IMG/VR virus record: IMGVR_UViG_3300033143_001281
Location: 1-64,000 of that record
Direction: 5' to 3' (one strand)
Length of the DNA: 64,000 nt
DNA from: a virus
The notes beneath the pieces were generated by a model. The model saw nothing but the letters and a program-made list of their open reading frames with translations. It did not search any database and was not told where the DNA came from. A program made the position numbers and the translations under genes. Shown here one piece after another: positions 27,241 through 38,080 of this stretch (position 1 is its first letter; every line of letters starts with the position of its first letter).

Positions 27241-29556
27241 ATGGCAAGTATCAAATTTTTAAATAATATTACCTTAGTGGGTAATCAGCTAGAATTAGCT
27301 AGGATTCAAAATTTAGGTAGTGCTCCCACGGTTTACGGTGATGGTCAATTATATTATGATACTGCCACCAACAAACTTACATTACGTGAAAATGGAAATT
27401 GGGTGCCTATCCAAACAGGACCAGAAATATCTTATGATTTAACTGTCCCAAGTGGAACAACAGCAATTAGATTAACTGATGGAACTACAAATGATGATAT
27501 CACTATTACAGGTGGTACAAATGTAACAGTTGTAAGAACAAGCGCAACAGAGCTTACTATTAATGCAACAGATTCTGCTGCAGGTACAGTAACTAGTGTA
27601 GCTGGAGGAACTGGTATTACAATAAGTGGTACACCTACAGTTACACCAACTGTTAATATAGATTACTTAGGTGCAGACAACGCAATTTTAGCCACGCCAT
27701 CAAGTGCAACTCCTGTTGGTGCTGATACAGTGTGGTTCTCAGATGCTGATGATAGTAACATCAAAAAAGCTACTATTTCATCATTTCCAGGTTTTGGTAA
27801 AGATGGTACAGTAACAAGCGTTGGTACTAGTAACTCAACATTTATATCTGGATCAGGTGGACCAATTACAAGCTCAGGATCTTTAACATATAGTTTAAGT
27901 GCAACAGGAACACCAAGTGCAACTACATTCCTTAGAGGTGATAATGCTTGGGCTACTCCTGCTGGTGCATATACAGACTGGAAATTAATTGGTGATGGCG
28001 GTACACCTGTAGATATTGGTGATGGTGAATCAGTAAACTTTATAGGTGGTGCAGGTATTGATGCTACAGCTGCAAGTGGAACGCCAAATACTTTAACATT
28101 AGCTTTAGATCTTAATGAATTACAAGCTGTATCCGCAGCTTCATCTGATTATATTGCTATTGTAGATTCAACAGATAACTCTACTAAAAAAGCATTGGTT
28201 AGTAGTTTACCATTTACTAACAATAGTGGTGTAACTTCAATTAACTTAGCTGGTGATAGTGGTTCAACAAGTGCTATTACTTCAACAGGTACATTTACTA
28301 TTGCAGGCGGGACAAACGTTACAACATCTGCTACAGGTACTACAGTAACAATTAATTCTACAGATCAATTCCAAGGTACAGTAACAAGTGTAACTGCAGG
28401 GCTTGGTTTAACGCAGACTGGTACAAGCACTGTTAATCCTACAATATTAGTAGATTACTCTAATGCAGGTATTATTGCTGATGCAACCGGTATGTCAGGT
28501 TCTGCAGAATCAGATGATATAATTTTATTAGCTGATGATAGTTTAAGTGGTGCTGTTAGAAGTGCTTCTTTAGTTGATATCCCATTAAACGTATTAGGAC
28601 AACCTAATGCATCTGTAAATTTAGGCTCTCAGAAAATAACTTCTCTTGCTAATGGTACTGCTAGTTCAGATGCTGTTAATTTAGGACAAGTACAAGGATT
28701 AATTGCAGGAGTAGGTTTATTCAAAGGTGGATATAATGCAAATACAGGTTTAACTACAGACTTAGGTGCAGGAAATGGTTCATTAGATGGGGCAAGTAAC
28801 ATTGCTTTAGACTTAGGTGACTTCTTTGCTGTAACAGTTGCGGGTACTGCGTTTTTTACAGAGACGTTAGAACCTGGAGATATGATCTATGCTAACACTG
28901 ATATTGCAGCTAATTCAAGTCCTTCAATTAGTGATTATACTGTAGTAATACAAGATGCAAACGTTGCAGGTGTAGGTGCTACAGATGGTGGCACAGATAA
29001 AGGTGTTGCTGGATTTAGTAGTGCATCTTTTGCTGGTACATCAAATGGATTTATTACAATTAAAGCTGGTGGTATTAGTGATGCTCAGTTAGCAAGTACA
29101 TTTAATAAGATCATTGGTACGGACTCAGATATTAATACTTCAGGTGTTATTGTAATTGATCAGTTAAATATGACTGATGGTGTTATTCAGTCACACACTA
29201 CAAGATCATTACCTAATTCTACAGAAACATCAGTTGGTGTAACTGAAATTGCTACACAAGCAGAAGTAGATGCTGGAACAGATGATTTCAGATATGTTAC
29301 TCCTGAGAAGTTAGCAAATTATGCAAGTATTAAAACTTTTGTAGGTACGTATCCTGCTACAAATACTAATAGCTGGACAGTAGCCCATGGTTTAGGAACA
29401 GCTGATGTAATTGTACAAATTTATGAGTTATCATCAGGAGCAACTGTATATGCAGATGTACAAAGAGATACGTCTTCTCCATATAGTTTAACTATCAACA
29501 CAGGATCAACTACTACAGCAAGTACGCTTAGAGTTATGGTTACTAGGGTAGGATAA
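27241..29556 (+). CDS. virion fibre protein
   Basis: GTVTSV repeats, QKITSLANGT..SDAVNLGQ, ATQAEVDAGTDD.RYVTP.KL, C-terminal HGLGT.DVIVQ.Y domain. Confidence 0.8.
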   Translation: MASIKFLNNITLVGNQLELARIQNLGSAPTVYGDGQLYYDTATNKLTLRENGNWVPIQTGPEISYDLTVPSGTTAIRLTDGTTNDDITITGGTNVTVVRTSATELTINATDSAAGTVTSVAGGTGITISGTPTVTPTVNIDYLGADNAILATPSSATPVGADTVWFSDADDSNIKKATISSFPGFGKDGTVTSVGTSNSTFISGSGGPITSSGSLTYSLSATGTPSATTFLRGDNAWATPAGAYTDWKLIGDGGTPVDIGDGESVNFIGGAGIDATAASGTPNTLTLALDLNELQAVSAASSDYIAIVDSTDNSTKKALVSSLPFTNNSGVTSINLAGDSGSTSAITSTGTFTIAGGTNVTTSATGTTVTINSTDQFQGTVTSVTAGLGLTQTGTSTVNPTILVDYSNAGIIADATGMSGSAESDDIILLADDSLSGAVRSASLVDIPLNVLGQPNASVNLGSQKITSLANGTASSDAVNLGQVQGLIAGVGLFKGGYNANTGLTTDLGAGNGSLDGASNIALDLGDFFAVTVAGTAFFTETLEPGDMIYANTDIAANSSPSISDYTVVIQDANVAGVGATDGGTDKGVAGFSSASFAGTSNGFITIKAGGISDAQLASTFNKIIGTDSDINTSGVIVIDQLNMTDGVIQSHTTRSLPNSTETSVGVTEIATQAEVDAGTDDFRYVTPEKLANYASIKTFVGTYPATNTNSWTVAHGLGTADVIVQIYELSSGATVYADVQRDTSSPYSLTINTGSTTTASTLRVMVTRVG

Positions 29557-29565
29557 TAAATATTC

Positions 29566-29593
29566 AGAGAGGATAATTAATTTTATCCTCTCT
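29566..29593 (+). terminator. stem-loop between fibre genes
   Basis: AGAGAGGATAA/TTATCCTCTCT 11-bp inverted repeat. Confidence 0.6.
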
Positions 29594-29627
29594 AAATTAT
29601 TTTGTATTTTTGGTAAAAATTATATAG

Positions 29628-32600
29628 ATGGCAATAAAATTCTTAAATAGTCAATCCATAACGGGTTCCCTTACAGTTAGTTCAATATCTAATGCGTCAT
29701 CTGATACAGATAAGTTTTTAGTAAGTGATAATGGTATTATTAAATATAGAACTGGTGCTCAAGTTTTAGCAGATATAGGGGCTGGTACAGGTGATGGTTC
29801 TGTAACTTCTGTAGGTTTAGGATCATTAGATGGAATATCTGGTTCTATTGCTAATCAAACTACAACACCATCAATAAGTCTTACAAATACTGATAAAGGA
29901 TCAGCACAAAATATATTTAAAAATGTTGCGGTTTCAGGACAAGGAACAATTGTAGCTGATTCAAATAATGATACTATAACGTTAGTAGGTACAGGTGTAT
30001 CAATAACTACTAATGCTACAACTGATACAATTACATTTTCAGCATCTAATAATTATTTAACAAGTGCAACATTTAATACTTCAGACGGTGTATTAACACT
30101 TAATAGACAAGGTCTTTCTGCAGTAACTGTTGATCTTGATGGTAGATACGTTACATCTTCAGGTGTAACATCTGTTGCAACAACTTTTCCTGTATTAGGA
30201 GGAACAATTACAAGTACAGGAACTATTAGTGTTAAAACACCTGAAAGTGGAGATTGGTGGAATGGCGGTGTACCTGTAGTAGGAACAGATGGTGTAATGG
30301 AAATTGGTAAGTATATTGATTTTCACGCTACTGATACTGCTACTTCAGATTTTGATGTAAGATTAACAGCTACAACTGGTAGTTTAGATGTATCAGGAGA
30401 TATAGTAATAGGTGGTGGTGATATAACTCTAACTGGTACAGGAAGAATTCAAGGTGTGGATACTGTATCTGCAGGAACTGATGCAGCTAATAAAACTTAT
30501 GTAGATAATGCTGTTAGTGGTTTTGTTGATGGTTCTGGTACAGCTAATGATGTAGCAATGTGGTCAGATAGTGATACATTAACAGATGCACCAATAGCTA
30601 TTTCTGGAAATAATGCAACTTTTGCAGGGACAGTTTATATACCTTCAAAGTTAGAGCATACTGGAGATAGTGATACTTTTTTGAATTTTTCAGATAATAC
30701 TATAACACTAACCGCAGGTAACTCTTCTACAATTTTTTCAGGTAATGGTAATGTAACTTTTCCAGGTGATATTTCTATTGCAGGTGGTGATATTACTTCT
30801 AATGGTATACAAATTATAAGTAATTCAGCTTCATCAAATCATTTAAAAATAGGTGATATTTCTGTTGATGATTCTATACAACAAATCTATTTAGATACAT
30901 GGGGTGCTACACAAATATATTTAGATGATAATGAAACTGATATTAAAAGTGATACAGTAAAATTTTCTGGTGGAATACAAACATCAGCACCAACAACTTA
31001 TTTAGGTTTAACATCAACTAATTTATTAACAGAAAGAACTCTAGCACAAACTAAAACAGATTTAGGTATTATTACTACTGTTCAAACTGCAAATCAAAAT
31101 AGGATAGCAGTTAGTAACATTAATGGGCCGGTTGTATCAATAGATGCAAATACATCAGCAGTAAGCAGTTCTTCATCAAATTTAGCTACAGGTGCACAAA
31201 TACAAACAGCTATAGATACAGCAATAACAGGAGTATTAAAATATCAAGGAACCTGGAATGCATCTTCAAATTCACCAACATTAACAAGTGGATCAGGTAC
31301 ACCAGGTTATTATTACATTGTATCAACAGCAGGATCTACTAACCTAGATGGCATAACAGATTGGGCCGTAGGAGATTGGGCAGTATTTTCTGATTTAGCA
31401 ACAGATGCATGGCAAAAAATAGATAACACTCAAGTTGGTAATGTAACAGGTTCTGGAGCAAGTGGTAAAGTTGCTTTTTGGAATAGTTCATCAAATATAA
31501 CAAGTAATTCAGCATTTACTTATGATGGCAATAATTTAGCTGTTGGTGGCAGCATGACCTGGTCGGGTGGTAGTTCAACTGAATCTAATTTAGCTTATGA
31601 TAGAAGTATTACTTCATTTGGTGATTCAGGTACGTCTACCGTGACGTTAACAATAGGTAGACAAGATGGTAATACTTTAAGCACATCATTTAACGTACCA
31701 CAAGGAACTGTAACTGGTACTGGGTCTAGTGGAAGAGTAACATATTGGAATTCTTCAACAGGTGTAACAAGTAATTCAGCTTTCACATTTACAACTAATA
31801 ATGGTGGTAGATTACAAGCAAATAATGTAATTCTTCCAAATGATGGAAATTATTTAGGTTTTGATACAAGTGGTAATGCTAGAACTGTAGCAACACTTGA
31901 TTCTAGTAATAATATTGAAATATCAAACGCTGCTTTACAAAGCGGATCTAATACAAATATATATGGTGGTGATAATACTATATTTTATGTAGGAGGTTCA
32001 GAAGAATTAAGAATAAATAATGTAGGAGCTATTGGTATTGCTGGAACAAATTATGGTACATCAGGACAAGTTTTAACTTCTTCTGGTTCAGGATCAAATC
32101 CAACATGGTCAAATCCAAGTACAGGTAGCAACAATTATGTAAGCTCTGTTAGTTTTAATACTAGTGATGGTATACTTACTCTTAATAGAAATGGATTAAG
32201 TGCTCTAACTGTTGATTTAGATGGTAGATATAATCCTACTATAGGTACAGATACTGATATCAATACATCAGGATATAGTATTATTGATCAGATTAACATG
32301 ACTGATGGAGTTATAACATCTACTGGTGCAAGAAACTTATTAAATGTACATATAGAAGATACTAGAGCAGCAGAAAAAACACCTAATGATTATCAGGACA
32401 AAGCATTATCACTTGACTTTACAGATGAATTTGGTTCACTAGGATCATGGTGGAGTGGTATTACTATGAAAGGTTGGGCTGATAATTATCAAGCATGGCA
32501 GCTTATTAGTGGTTCTGATACAAGTGCTGATAACGTATTATATTTTAGAACTGGTATTGGTACAACATGGGGAGACATGCATGAAGTATGGGGTTCCATG

Positions 32601-33899
32601 AGTTCTAAAGGAGAATTTGGTGATAATCATAGTATTACAGGTGATAGATCTTTTGCTTTAGGTGATGGTAATACTGCATCTGGTATTAATTCAGTTGCTT
32701 CAGGTAATATAACTACTGCATCAAATTTTGCATCAGTTGCATTTGGATATGATACTACAGCTAGTGGGGCAACTTCTATGGCTATAGGAGCATTAACAAC
32801 AGCCTCTGGATCTAATTCATTTGCAGCTAATGGAAATTCAAGAGCAACTGGTCAAGATTCATCATCTTTTGGTCAAGAAACTTTAGCATCTGGTAATCAG
32901 TCCTTTTCTATAGGGTATAAGACAACAGCAAGTGGTGATTCCGCATTTTGTGGAGGTGGTGAAGGTTCTTCTGCTACTAATACAAACTCTTTTGCTTTTG
33001 GTGCAGATGTAGATGTTACGGCTGCACACAGTGCTGGTTTTGGTAGAACACATGATATTTCTGGTGTAGAACATTTAGTAGGTGGTTTATCTAATACTAT
33101 TAGTGGGGGTGCCAATTTAGTTGGTGGATCAATAAATACATTAGCAGGTTCACCTGAAGGTTTACTTATGTGTGGTGCTAGTAATTCTAATTTAAGTGGT
33201 GCTGGTGATTATAGTTTAATAGTAGGTCAATCTAATCAATGTCAATTTGGTGATTGGAGTTTTACTGGTGGTAAAGATTCAGACAACTTTAGTAATTTTG
33301 GTATTGCATATGGTTCTGGTGCTACTGCAAGTAAAGCAAATACAAATTTTGCTTTTGGGGAAGGTGTTACAACACCAACTAATGCAACAGCAGCAAATGA
33401 TGCTAATCAATTTGTGGTTGGTAAATATAATAGTTATAGTGATGGTAGAATACATAGATTTTCAGTAGGTAATGGTACAAGTGATCTTAGCAGATTCACT
33501 GCATTTTGTGTAGATAATTCAAGTAGAGTTGGTATCAAAGATCCTACGCCATCATATGAATTAGATGTAACAGGAACAATTAGAGCAACTGGTAACGTTA
33601 TAGCATTTTCTGATGAAAGAGTTAAAGAAAATATTAAAACAATTGATTCAGCATTAGATAAAGTAAATAATTTAAGAGGTGTTGAGTTTAATAAAATAGG
33701 TGAAGAAAAAAAGTCTATTGGTGTTATAGCCCAAGAAATAGAAAAGATACTTCCAGAAGTAGTTGAAACAGATGATAAAGGAATGAAATCAGTTGCTTAT
33801 GGAAATATTGTAGGTGTCCTTATAGAAGCTGTTAAAGAACAACAAGCACAAATAAATCAACTTACAGATATAGTAGAAGAATTAACTAAGAGAGTTTAA
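29628..33899 (+). CDS. long tail fibre with YadA-like head repeats and C-terminal intramolecular chaperone (peptidase S74)
   Basis: 14-aa TASG..S.A.G repeats; FSDERVKENI...IGVIAQEIEKILPEVV...SVAY...LIEAVKE. Confidence 0.88.
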   Translation: MAIKFLNSQSITGSLTVSSISNASSDTDKFLVSDNGIIKYRTGAQVLADIGAGTGDGSVTSVGLGSLDGISGSIANQTTTPSISLTNTDKGSAQNIFKNVAVSGQGTIVADSNNDTITLVGTGVSITTNATTDTITFSASNNYLTSATFNTSDGVLTLNRQGLSAVTVDLDGRYVTSSGVTSVATTFPVLGGTITSTGTISVKTPESGDWWNGGVPVVGTDGVMEIGKYIDFHATDTATSDFDVRLTATTGSLDVSGDIVIGGGDITLTGTGRIQGVDTVSAGTDAANKTYVDNAVSGFVDGSGTANDVAMWSDSDTLTDAPIAISGNNATFAGTVYIPSKLEHTGDSDTFLNFSDNTITLTAGNSSTIFSGNGNVTFPGDISIAGGDITSNGIQIISNSASSNHLKIGDISVDDSIQQIYLDTWGATQIYLDDNETDIKSDTVKFSGGIQTSAPTTYLGLTSTNLLTERTLAQTKTDLGIITTVQTANQNRIAVSNINGPVVSIDANTSAVSSSSSNLATGAQIQTAIDTAITGVLKYQGTWNASSNSPTLTSGSGTPGYYYIVSTAGSTNLDGITDWAVGDWAVFSDLATDAWQKIDNTQVGNVTGSGASGKVAFWNSSSNITSNSAFTYDGNNLAVGGSMTWSGGSSTESNLAYDRSITSFGDSGTSTVTLTIGRQDGNTLSTSFNVPQGTVTGTGSSGRVTYWNSSTGVTSNSAFTFTTNNGGRLQANNVILPNDGNYLGFDTSGNARTVATLDSSNNIEISNAALQSGSNTNIYGGDNTIFYVGGSEELRINNVGAIGIAGTNYGTSGQVLTSSGSGSNPTWSNPSTGSNNYVSSVSFNTSDGILTLNRNGLSALTVDLDGRYNPTIGTDTDINTSGYSIIDQINMTDGVITSTGARNLLNVHIEDTRAAEKTPNDYQDKALSLDFTDEFGSLGSWWSGITMKGWADNYQAWQLISGSDTSADNVLYFRTGIGTTWGDMHEVWGSMSSKGEFGDNHSITGDRSFALGDGNTASGINSVASGNITTASNFASVAFGYDTTASGATSMAIGALTTASGSNSFAANGNSRATGQDSSSFGQETLASGNQSFSIGYKTTASGDSAFCGGGEGSSATNTNSFAFGADVDVTAAHSAGFGRTHDISGVEHLVGGLSNTISGGANLVGGSINTLAGSPEGLLMCGASNSNLSGAGDYSLIVGQSNQCQFGDWSFTGGKDSDNFSNFGIAYGSGATASKANTNFAFGEGVTTPTNATAANDANQFVVGKYNSYSDGRIHRFSVGNGTSDLSRFTAFCVDNSSRVGIKDPTPSYELDVTGTIRATGNVIAFSDERVKENIKTIDSALDKVNNLRGVEFNKIGEEKKSIGVIAQEIEKILPEVVETDDKGMKSVAYGNIVGVLIEAVKEQQAQINQLTDIVEELTKRV

Positions 33900-33901
33900 T
33901 A

Positions 33902-34384
33902 ATGGGAATAGTTACTTCAGGTGTATTGTTTTTAGGTAATAGTGAAGAAATAGTAGATGGAAGATCTATTGCCCGTGAATTAGGAAGAGAAAACGGAGGT
34001 GAAGTTTCCTTGGGAGAATCATCCGCAAGAGCTTTAGCACAAAGAGAAGGAACTCAAGAAATATCAATGCAGGACTTTTATGGTAAATCTCAAGCACAGT
34101 GTTTTCCACATCTATTTGGTTTTGATTCTAAAGATCCGAGAGTTGCATGTAAAAATTTTGGTACTGGATCTTTAACAGTATATTCTACACAGTCTATTGA
34201 TTGTGATAGTTTTCAACAATGGAATGAAACAGGAGGTTCTTCCCCTTTCTTTATGGATGGATCATGTACACAATCATGGATAAGAATACTTTTTGGATGG
34301 TATAGTTTTCAAAATGGACTAGGAGAGATATGGACTGTTAATTTTGGATCTAGTGGTTGGAACAAATGTAACCCATGCAGTTAA
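33902..34384 (+). CDS. fibre-tip adhesin-like protein
   Basis: SIARELG...VSL....RALA...ISMQDFYGKS N-terminal attachment motif; aromatic/Cys-rich C-half. Confidence 0.6.
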   Translation: MGIVTSGVLFLGNSEEIVDGRSIARELGRENGGEVSLGESSARALAQREGTQEISMQDFYGKSQAQCFPHLFGFDSKDPRVACKNFGTGSLTVYSTQSIDCDSFQQWNETGGSSPFFMDGSCTQSWIRILFGWYSFQNGLGEIWTVNFGSSGWNKCNPCS

Positions 34385-34431
34385 AGAAAATAATTTTTAT
34401 TATATTTACATAAAATTTTAAAATTTCTATA

Positions 34432-34824
34432 ATGGCAAAAAGAAAAACTAGAAAAAAAACAGTTAAAAAATCTGTTGAAAAACAAACAAAAGAATTAGGA
34501 CCTGATGATATTAAATATACTTGGGAAATTGTTTCAATAGTTACATCTGCACAATCAACTATTGAACAAATTATATACGAACTTCACGGTACTGTTGGTA
34601 AATATTCTACAAAGAAAACGGCAGCAGCAACTGGAGCACTAGCTCTTTCATTTGATCCAAAAGATGAATATACTACTACAGATTACAATCAGTTTAAAAA
34701 AAATGATTTAATAAAATATGTAAAAAGTAAATTGAGTGATAAATACTTAAATAGTTTAAAAAATATTATTACTCAAGAATTATTTGGAAATAAAAAAATA
34801 ATTTCTGGATCTGATTTAAAATAA
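34432..34824 (+). CDS. tail-fibre assembly-like protein
   Basis: YTWEI...Y.QF.K.DLI.YV motif after fibre genes. Confidence 0.5.
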   Translation: MAKRKTRKKTVKKSVEKQTKELGPDDIKYTWEIVSIVTSAQSTIEQIIYELHGTVGKYSTKKTAAATGALALSFDPKDEYTTTDYNQFKKNDLIKYVKSKLSDKYLNSLKNIITQELFGNKKIISGSDLK

Positions 34825-34858
34825 TTTACTATATTTGTTAATATAAAAACCAAATAAG

Positions 34859-35113
34859 ATGGCTAAAGCAAAAACAAAAAAGGCAGCTAAATCAATTACA
34901 GCTGCAGAGTTAAAAGAAGTACAAGATGTTCAGACAACACTTAATCAAGTTATTTATAACATAGGTGCTGCTGAAATAGCAACTCAGAAATTGCATGAAG
35001 CTCATGCATCTGCAAATGCAAAATTTCAAGAAGTTACTGCAAAACTACAAAAAAAATACGGTGAGGTTAATGTAGATTTATCTACAGGTAATATTACACC
35101 AATAGAGGCATAA
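34859..35113 (+). CDS. small coiled-coil protein
   Basis: L..KYGEVNVDLSTG.I motif; TATATTTG promoter element at 34830. Confidence 0.65.
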   Translation: MAKAKTKKAAKSITAAELKEVQDVQTTLNQVIYNIGAAEIATQKLHEAHASANAKFQEVTAKLQKKYGEVNVDLSTGNITPIEA

Positions 35114-35240
35114 TACTCCACTTCTCATAATATTCTTACAAAAGTTTTTAAGATCAGACTTTTCTGGTTTTAAAAATTTTTGTATATTATAATTGTATAG
35201 TTTGTAAGTCAGAAGTACATTATAATAAAAAAGAATATTT

Positions 35241-37451
35241 ATGATCCCAACAAATTCAAGTATAACCACAAACGGTTGTGATAATATATCATCCAATTGT
35301 GTAATTTGGCAAGGGCCAGATATTGCATGTATAGATTTATGTACTGGTGATACTATAAGCATAGTTACAAAAAAAATTGCAGATAAGGTTTGTCAAATTA
35401 TAACTGATGGTGTAACTGCTAATCCGGACTTAACAGGATTAGATTTAAGTTGTCTTAATATTCAAGGTGTAACACCAACAGAATTGGTTCCTGTTCTTCA
35501 GGCAATGGTTACTCAAATATGTGCTAACACAAATAGTAGTGGCGGTGGAGGTCTTGGTCCTTTACCAACTATGACATTACCTGCTTGTTTAGTGTATGAT
35601 GATCCAAGTGGAAACCCAGTAACACAATTACCACTAGATCAATTTGCTACATTAATTGCAAATCAGGTATGTACTAATTTAGCAAGTATTACTACTATAA
35701 ATGCTACTTTAACAAGTTACAATACTAGAATTACAACTTTAGAAAATTGTGTTTTACCTTGTGGTGGTTCAGTAGCAGAAGTTCAAATAGTACCTACTTG
35801 TGTAAGTAATGTAGGTCAATTAACTAATGTATCAGTAGTAGTATTAGCACTTGAAAGTGCGTTTTGTGCATTACAAACGGCTGTTGGTTTACCTGGAGCT
35901 ATATCTTCTGCAATATCTCAAACAGTAATTACAGGATCTTATAATACACTAACAGATAATAGTGTTTCCTATGGAAGTATTGTTGGTTGGAATAATAGTC
36001 CAAGTACATTGGCAGAAAGCGTTCAAAATGCATGGGTTGTAATTGATGATTTATATAGTGCAGTAGCAGCTATACAAACAAATTGTTGTCCTGGTGGATG
36101 TGACAGTGTAGTTTTTGCATACTCTACATCTACTCAAATTAATACATCAGGTGTAATAACAGGTATTAATTTTGATTTTACAGGATCTACTATACCTGCT
36201 TCATTTAATGATACATCAGGTTATTCTATTATTACTTTAACAGATGCAAATGGAGCTTCAACAAATACAGTATTTAGTGTAGCAAGTTTACAAAATAATC
36301 CAGCAGGATTATTAGTGTCAACTGGAACTTTAAATACTTTTCAAAATATTCAAGTTTCTTTAAGTTTCTCAGTTACTGATGGTAGTGATACATGTGAAGC
36401 AGCTCAAAATTCTGTGGTTAATGGCGTAATACCTTGTCCAACTATGTTATCATCAGGAATTACTACAACAGAAGCAACAATATCATTTGGTAATTTATTA
36501 GGTACTAGTGCTGTATATACATTAGACTTGTTAGATGTTAGCAATAATGTGGTTGCTACACAAGTATTTAATAATCCAGGTGTATCATTAACACATACAT
36601 TTACAGGATTAACTCCAGGTAGTAATTATACAGCTAGGCTTACTATAGGTATTGGTGGAGCAACTGAGGTGTGTACTAATACAATTAATTTTACAACAGT
36701 TAATGGTGCAGCACCATGTACAGATGGTATGGATGTAGCATTTGTTATTGATTACACTTTCTCTATGGGTAGTGAAATAAATGCAATTAAAACTGGATTT
36801 GCTTCATTAGTAAACACTATTCAAACAAGCTCAGGAGCTAATAACTATAGAATAGGTGTTACTACTGCTGATGAATATACAGATCCTACTACTCAACCTA
36901 CTTATAGTGCATGTGCTGATTATCAAGCATTACCAGCTTCGCAAAGAATTATAAATACAGGAATAGGACATACACAAGTTATTACAGCTTGGGAAATGTT
37001 CTCAGATAATAATGGTGCAAGTGCTACAACACAAGTTAATTTACTTAATGATGGTGTGGGTGATGGTACAGGATGTATTCAATTAGGTAATGGTGGTGGT
37101 GCTCCTGAACCAACAGATATGGCCATAAATCAAATATTAAATAATGATTTCTTAGGCGCTTGGAGACCAAACGTTGCTAAGTATATTATTGTTATAACAG
37201 ATGAATTGTCAGGTGGTCCAGACGATAGCTTTACTGCAGTAGATTATGCACAAATACAAACGTTTATTAATCAAGCATTAGCACAAGGAGTTACAATATT
37301 TGTTCTAGGTGAAGGGGTTGATAAAACATTTAATAATGGTGGTACTTTAGTATTCCCATGGAGAGAGTTAGCAGATCAAACAGGAGGTAGTTGGAATATA
37401 AATGAAGATCCATCTACAATAAATGCAGAAATAGTAGCTGGTTGTTCATAA
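35241..37451 (+). CDS. Cys-rich structural protein with FN3 and von Willebrand A domains
   Basis: SSNCVIWQGPDI.C N-terminus; FTGLTPGSNY FN3; DVAFVIDYTFSM, EPTD.AI, IIVITDE vWA/MIDAS motifs. Confidence 0.75.
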   Translation: MIPTNSSITTNGCDNISSNCVIWQGPDIACIDLCTGDTISIVTKKIADKVCQIITDGVTANPDLTGLDLSCLNIQGVTPTELVPVLQAMVTQICANTNSSGGGGLGPLPTMTLPACLVYDDPSGNPVTQLPLDQFATLIANQVCTNLASITTINATLTSYNTRITTLENCVLPCGGSVAEVQIVPTCVSNVGQLTNVSVVVLALESAFCALQTAVGLPGAISSAISQTVITGSYNTLTDNSVSYGSIVGWNNSPSTLAESVQNAWVVIDDLYSAVAAIQTNCCPGGCDSVVFAYSTSTQINTSGVITGINFDFTGSTIPASFNDTSGYSIITLTDANGASTNTVFSVASLQNNPAGLLVSTGTLNTFQNIQVSLSFSVTDGSDTCEAAQNSVVNGVIPCPTMLSSGITTTEATISFGNLLGTSAVYTLDLLDVSNNVVATQVFNNPGVSLTHTFTGLTPGSNYTARLTIGIGGATEVCTNTINFTTVNGAAPCTDGMDVAFVIDYTFSMGSEINAIKTGFASLVNTIQTSSGANNYRIGVTTADEYTDPTTQPTYSACADYQALPASQRIINTGIGHTQVITAWEMFSDNNGASATTQVNLLNDGVGDGTGCIQLGNGGGAPEPTDMAINQILNNDFLGAWRPNVAKYIIVITDELSGGPDDSFTAVDYAQIQTFINQALAQGVTIFVLGEGVDKTFNNGGTLVFPWRELADQTGGSWNINEDPSTINAEIVAGCS

Positions 37452-37468
37452 AATAAAAAAGAATTAAA

Positions 37469-38032
37469 ATGGCATGTAATTGTACAAAATGTAGTCAAAA
37501 GTGTAGCTGTGCTGATACAGCATTAACAAACCCGTGTACTTATACTGATTGTAGTGTGGGTAGCGAAAGATGTGATGATGTACAGTGTGCTGCATGTGTA
37601 AGCTATTGTGGTACATCTTTTAAGATAGGTGATACTGGTAGTGAAATAGTTATAACTTCTGGTGAAAGATTAGATTCTATTATTCAAAAGTTTGCTATGA
37701 TATTAGCAAATGGTTTGGGTGCTTGTACATCAAGTGATTTACAGCATGATCCATATAATGTTTATGCTGGTGTTATTACAAGTAGTACAGCAGAAGTAAT
37801 ATGGGATGGATTGTGGAGTTCAAGTACTGGAGTAAATATATATTTAGATACTCAAATAGCTCCTGGAGGATGGGTATTACAAAACTCATCACCTATTGCA
37901 ACTACAATAAATAATTTTCAATTAACTAATTTAACAGCAAGTACTGCATATAAAGTAAAAGTTGTTGATAATGGGAATAGTGCGGCATGTAAACCAATAG
38001 AGATTTTATTCTCAACATTAGCGGCATCATAA
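37469..38032 (+). CDS. Cys-rich protein with FN3-like C-terminus
   Basis: Dense Cys N-terminus; LTNLTASTAYKVKV. Confidence 0.7.
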   Translation: MACNCTKCSQKCSCADTALTNPCTYTDCSVGSERCDDVQCAACVSYCGTSFKIGDTGSEIVITSGERLDSIIQKFAMILANGLGACTSSDLQHDPYNVYAGVITSSTAEVIWDGLWSSSTGVNIYLDTQIAPGGWVLQNSSPIATTINNFQLTNLTASTAYKVKVVDNGNSAACKPIEILFSTLAAS

Positions 38033-38080
38033 AAAAAAACAACAAGTGGTGGTTTGTTGGTTTTTCTACTACAAACGTTG

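Noticed and set aside
29628-33899. Diversity-generating retroelement TR/VR pair
   Set aside because: Duplications are diverged at all bases rather than at adenines only, and no reverse transcriptase is present in the window
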